From: Bdellovibrionales bacterium
Lineage (GTDB): Bacteria; Bdellovibrionota; Bdellovibrionia; Bdellovibrionales; JAMPXM01
Direction of reading: 5' to 3'
Length of the DNA: 64,000 nt
Assembly: GCA_043739185.1 (NCBI GenBank)
Contig: JAYUEN010000506.1
Coordinates: 15,682 to 79,681 of the forward strand
Numbering within the stretch: the stretch's first letter is position 1; each line of letters begins with the position of its first letter. Positions 61,087 to 64,000 of the stretch are shown piece by piece. The position numbers and the translations under genes were made by a program. Below the pieces are notes generated by a model that was given only the letters and a program-made list of their open reading frames with translations, did no database searches and was not told where the DNA came from.

Positions 61087-61557
61087 TTAGTCGTTATGAT
61101 AGGGTAGATTTTTCCAAATGCTTATGGCTCGATAGACTTGTTCGAGAATGAGGGCTTGAGCCAAATGATGATTAAAGGTCAGGTCTGAAAGGCTGAGTTG
61201 GGCATTGGCTCGCTTCTTCAATTCGTCGTTTGCACCAAAGGCTCCTGCAATGACAAACACAATTCGTGACTTTTGGCTTTCACACCATCTCACAAATTGT
61301 GCCGAAAATTTTTGCGAGCTATAACTCCTGCCAAGTTCATCGCATAAAACCACAAAATCCTGCGGCTGCAACAAGGTTAAAATGGATTGGCATTCTTGCT
61401 TAAGCTTAACCTCTGCTGCAGCACGTGCCAGTTGAGAGGCCTTAACTCGAGTCACTTCAGTTTTGAAAAAGTAATTCAACTTCTTTTCATAAGAGGCAGT
61501 AAGTTCTGTTAACCAAGGCTCTTTTTGACCGCCCACAAAAACAAATGCCAATTTCAC
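61087..61557 (-). CDS. rlmH: 23S rRNA (pseudouridine1915-N3)-methyltransferase
   Basis: DE.G..SS..F, LSDLTFNH, EQVYRA, PYH; downstream of rsfS. Confidence 0.93.
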   Translation of the reverse strand: MKLAFVFVGGQKEPWLTELTASYEKKLNYFFKTEVTRVKASQLARAAAEVKLKQECQSILTLLQPQDFVVLCDELGRSYSSQKFSAQFVRWCESQKSRIVFVIAGAFGANDELKKRANAQLSLSDLTFNHHLAQALILEQVYRAISIWKNLPYHND

Positions 61558-61565
61558 TTTTTACT

Positions 61566-62615
61566 TCACTTTTTTTTGGCGTCCGGAACGTTTTCAACCA
61601 AATTGAGTGGCTTGGCCAAGCGCCAAAGTTCTTCAATCTGATATTCTTGTCGGACGAAATCATAAAACAGATGAATGATCAATGCTCCGTAATCTACGAC
61701 TATCCAGCGTCCTTCATTGAGGCCTTCAACTGCTTGCGGGCGAACATTGAATTCTTCTTTGACAGCCATCATGAGATTTTCAGCCAAAGAACTTGCATGT
61801 CTTGTACTTGTACCAGAAGCAATCAGCGTAAAGTCAGTAGGTGCCTCAAGACCCGTTAAATTAAAGCCCTTGAGCGCCAAGGCCTTTTTTGAAAACAATT
61901 GGTCGGCACAAAAGTGGGTGAACCTTTCGTAATCCCCGATTTTTTCTTTAAGTGGAGCATAGAGTTTACTTGAGCGAATGAATTCTTCAACTTGAATGGG
62001 AATCAATTTATCAACATTGCGTCCGGAACGCAGTTTCTTACGAACTTCGCTTGCCGAAACCGTCGAATTCTTAATTTGTAAGAATTCAATGCTTCGATCT
62101 GTCGACAAATGCACAAATTGTCGATCCATTTCTTGCACCAACTTTTGAAGACCGCTTGGTAAATCTTCGACGGAGAATGGCAATTGAAAAGCGGGTCGAG
62201 ATAAAACCACAAGATTTGAAAGCTTGAGTATTTTCTCGAAGTCCTTCCATTGATCGAAATTTTCAAATTGGTCAATCCCCACAATTAAAAACAAGTTTTC
62301 AGGAGAAATTTGTTCGCTGTAATGTTCGATCGTTTCAATGCTATAGCTTTTGCCGCCGCGCTTGAGTTCTTGATCATCTACTTCGACGAAATCAAGATCT
62401 TTGATCCCAAGTTTAACCATTTCTAGCCGTTCGGAATTACTTGGCCCGTCGACAACATCTTTTTTAGGATTCTGCGCTGCCGGAAGGACTATGATTCGAT
62501 CAAAATCTAGAGCGCTTTGCACAGCAGAAATTGCATTGATATGTCCGGCATGAAAGGGATTGAAGCTTCCGCCAAATAAGCCAACTTTTTCATTTGAACT
62601 AAATTTTGTTTTCAA
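61566..62615 (-). CDS. nadD: NadD-RsfS fusion (nicotinate-nucleotide adenylyltransferase + ribosome silencing factor)
   Basis: GGSFNPFHAGH, SASEVR; C-terminal SGTSTRH, WIVVDYG, R..Y.IE.LW. Confidence 0.92.
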   Translation of the reverse strand: MKTKFSSNEKVGLFGGSFNPFHAGHINAISAVQSALDFDRIIVLPAAQNPKKDVVDGPSNSERLEMVKLGIKDLDFVEVDDQELKRGGKSYSIETIEHYSEQISPENLFLIVGIDQFENFDQWKDFEKILKLSNLVVLSRPAFQLPFSVEDLPSGLQKLVQEMDRQFVHLSTDRSIEFLQIKNSTVSASEVRKKLRSGRNVDKLIPIQVEEFIRSSKLYAPLKEKIGDYERFTHFCADQLFSKKALALKGFNLTGLEAPTDFTLIASGTSTRHASSLAENLMMAVKEEFNVRPQAVEGLNEGRWIVVDYGALIIHLFYDFVRQEYQIEELWRLAKPLNLVENVPDAKKK

Positions 62616-63624
62616 AAACTTTTCTCCCTAAATCAAAAAGTAATTCTTGTACCCCTTGACCACTCACTGCTGAAATAAATCGAACTTGTACTTTTATTTG
62701 TGAAAAACGTCCTGCCAAATCTCTTTTTTGATCTTCCGTCATGGTATCAATTTTATTGCAAACAACAATTTGCTCACGCTCACTTAAGGGTCGAAATCCT
62801 TCTAAATCTATTTTTCTTTTATCGTATTCAATCAATTCATGATTGATGTCTTTGTAGTCTTGAACTGCATCGCGACCGGACAAACCACTGGCATCAATTA
62901 AATGAACAAAGTAATTGGTTCTTTCAATGTGTCGTAAAAATTGTGTTCCGAGACCGACCCCTTTGTGAGCGCCGGGAACCAAACCCGGAATATCCGCGAC
63001 CACCATCGTTCGATCCTGATCGACTCGAACCACTCCTAAATTTGGACTCAAAGTTGTAAATGGATAATCGGCAATTTTTGGACGAGCTGCAGAGATCCGA
63101 GAAATCAAGGTCGACTTGCCTGCATTAGGGTATCCAATGACGCCGATATCAGCGATTAGCTTTAACTCAAGAACGATATCTCGGGAATGGCCGTCTTCGC
63201 CAGGCTGAGAATATTCAGGTGCTTGGTTGGTACTGGTTCTGAAAAAGTGATTTCCTTTTCCGCCGCGACCACCCTTCAAGAAAACACTCTCTCCCACCTC
63301 GTTTAAGTCATAAAGAATATTGTGTTGATGATCGCGCACGACAGTACCCGGGGGCACTTGCAATACCAAATCTTTGCCATCACGTCCGGTCATTAATTTA
63401 TGTTCTCCGGCAAGACCATCTTCGGCTGCAAATTTCTTTTTAAAGCGAAAATCAAGGAGGGTATTGAGTTGCGGATTTACTTTTAAGATAACGTGGCCGC
63501 CCCGACCGCCGTCCCCTCCATCTGGTCCACCGCGAGGTGTGCCTGATGCGCGCAAAAAGCTGACGCTACCGGGTCCGCCTTTGCCAGAACTGACTGTAAT
63601 ACTCACTTCATCAACAAATTTCAT
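62599..63624 (-). CDS. obgE: GTPase ObgE
   Basis: FVDE, GGPDGGDGG, GYPNAGKST, DIPG, NKID. Confidence 0.97.
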   Translation of the reverse strand: MKFVDEVSITVSSGKGGPGSVSFLRASGTPRGGPDGGDGGRGGHVILKVNPQLNTLLDFRFKKKFAAEDGLAGEHKLMTGRDGKDLVLQVPPGTVVRDHQHNILYDLNEVGESVFLKGGRGGKGNHFFRTSTNQAPEYSQPGEDGHSRDIVLELKLIADIGVIGYPNAGKSTLISRISAARPKIADYPFTTLSPNLGVVRVDQDRTMVVADIPGLVPGAHKGVGLGTQFLRHIERTNYFVHLIDASGLSGRDAVQDYKDINHELIEYDKRKIDLEGFRPLSEREQIVVCNKIDTMTEDQKRDLAGRFSQIKVQVRFISAVSGQGVQELLFDLGRKVFENKI

Positions 63625-63722
63625 AGAAATATCCTCGGGTTTCTTTGGCGAAGCCGTAACCCGAGATGCAAAGACATCGAAAGGCCATTCAAACCGCTAA
63701 AAAATGCTTACGATAAAAAGCT

Positions 63723-63992
63723 TTAAGCGGCTGCAGTTGCAGCTGGATAAACGCTAATCTTAGTTCTCAATTTATCAACACGTTCAAATTTTACATGACC
63801 ATTTACAACCGCATAGATTGTAAAATCACGGCCCATACGAACATTGTTTCCTAAATGAAATTTAGTTCCTCTTTGTCGAACGATGATGGTTCCTGGCTTA
63901 ACAAGTTCACCGCCAAAGCGCTTCACTCCAAGTCTACGACCAGCACTATCACGTCCGTTGCGGGAACTTCCCGCCGCCTTTTTACTTGCCAT
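63723..63992 (-). CDS. rpmA: 50S ribosomal protein L27
   Basis: [26 protein letters not shown]. Confidence 0.98.
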   Translation of the reverse strand: MASKKAAGSSRNGRDSAGRRLGVKRFGGELVKPGTIIVRQRGTKFHLGNNVRMGRDFTIYAVVNGHVKFERVDKLRTKISVYPAATAAA

Positions 63993-64000
63993 TGTCTACT

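Overview
A 64-kb, fairly AT-rich chromosomal segment that looks like a Bdellovibrionota (predatory Bdellovibrio-like) genome. This is inferred from gene style: FQNC-type signal motifs, an RxPAS tail, a NadD-RsfS fusion and many Cys-rich exported proteins. Housekeeping blocks are galU-hyp-priA; rpsB-tsf-pyrH-frr-uppS-cdsA-[no dxr]-rseP-tsaB-MinD-like-J/HTH-rluD; an AstB-less succinyltransferase cluster upstream of mltG; bamD-TPR-hpt; and rpmA-obgE-nadD/rsfS-rlmH-comF-lolA-yajQ-rimO. They are interleaved with many orphan exported proteins and lipoproteins. I saw no rRNA, tRNA, CRISPR array, transposase or phage gene. The most notable observations are: (i) a beta-barrel plus 1133-aa lipoprotein operon with a beta-pore-forming-toxin-like hairpin, one of three barrel+lipoprotein pairs; (ii) a Sec-exported protein-kinase-like protein; (iii) an unannotated 43-aa very basic protein; (iv) a perfect 67-bp palindrome abutting a nitroreductase start; (v) a recurring TGTCTCA-N3-TGAGACA-like dyad and three sigma28-like promoters; (vi) a DUF2239 promoter with ACCCGGGT operators. 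All product calls come from motif recognition by eye; no database searches were run.
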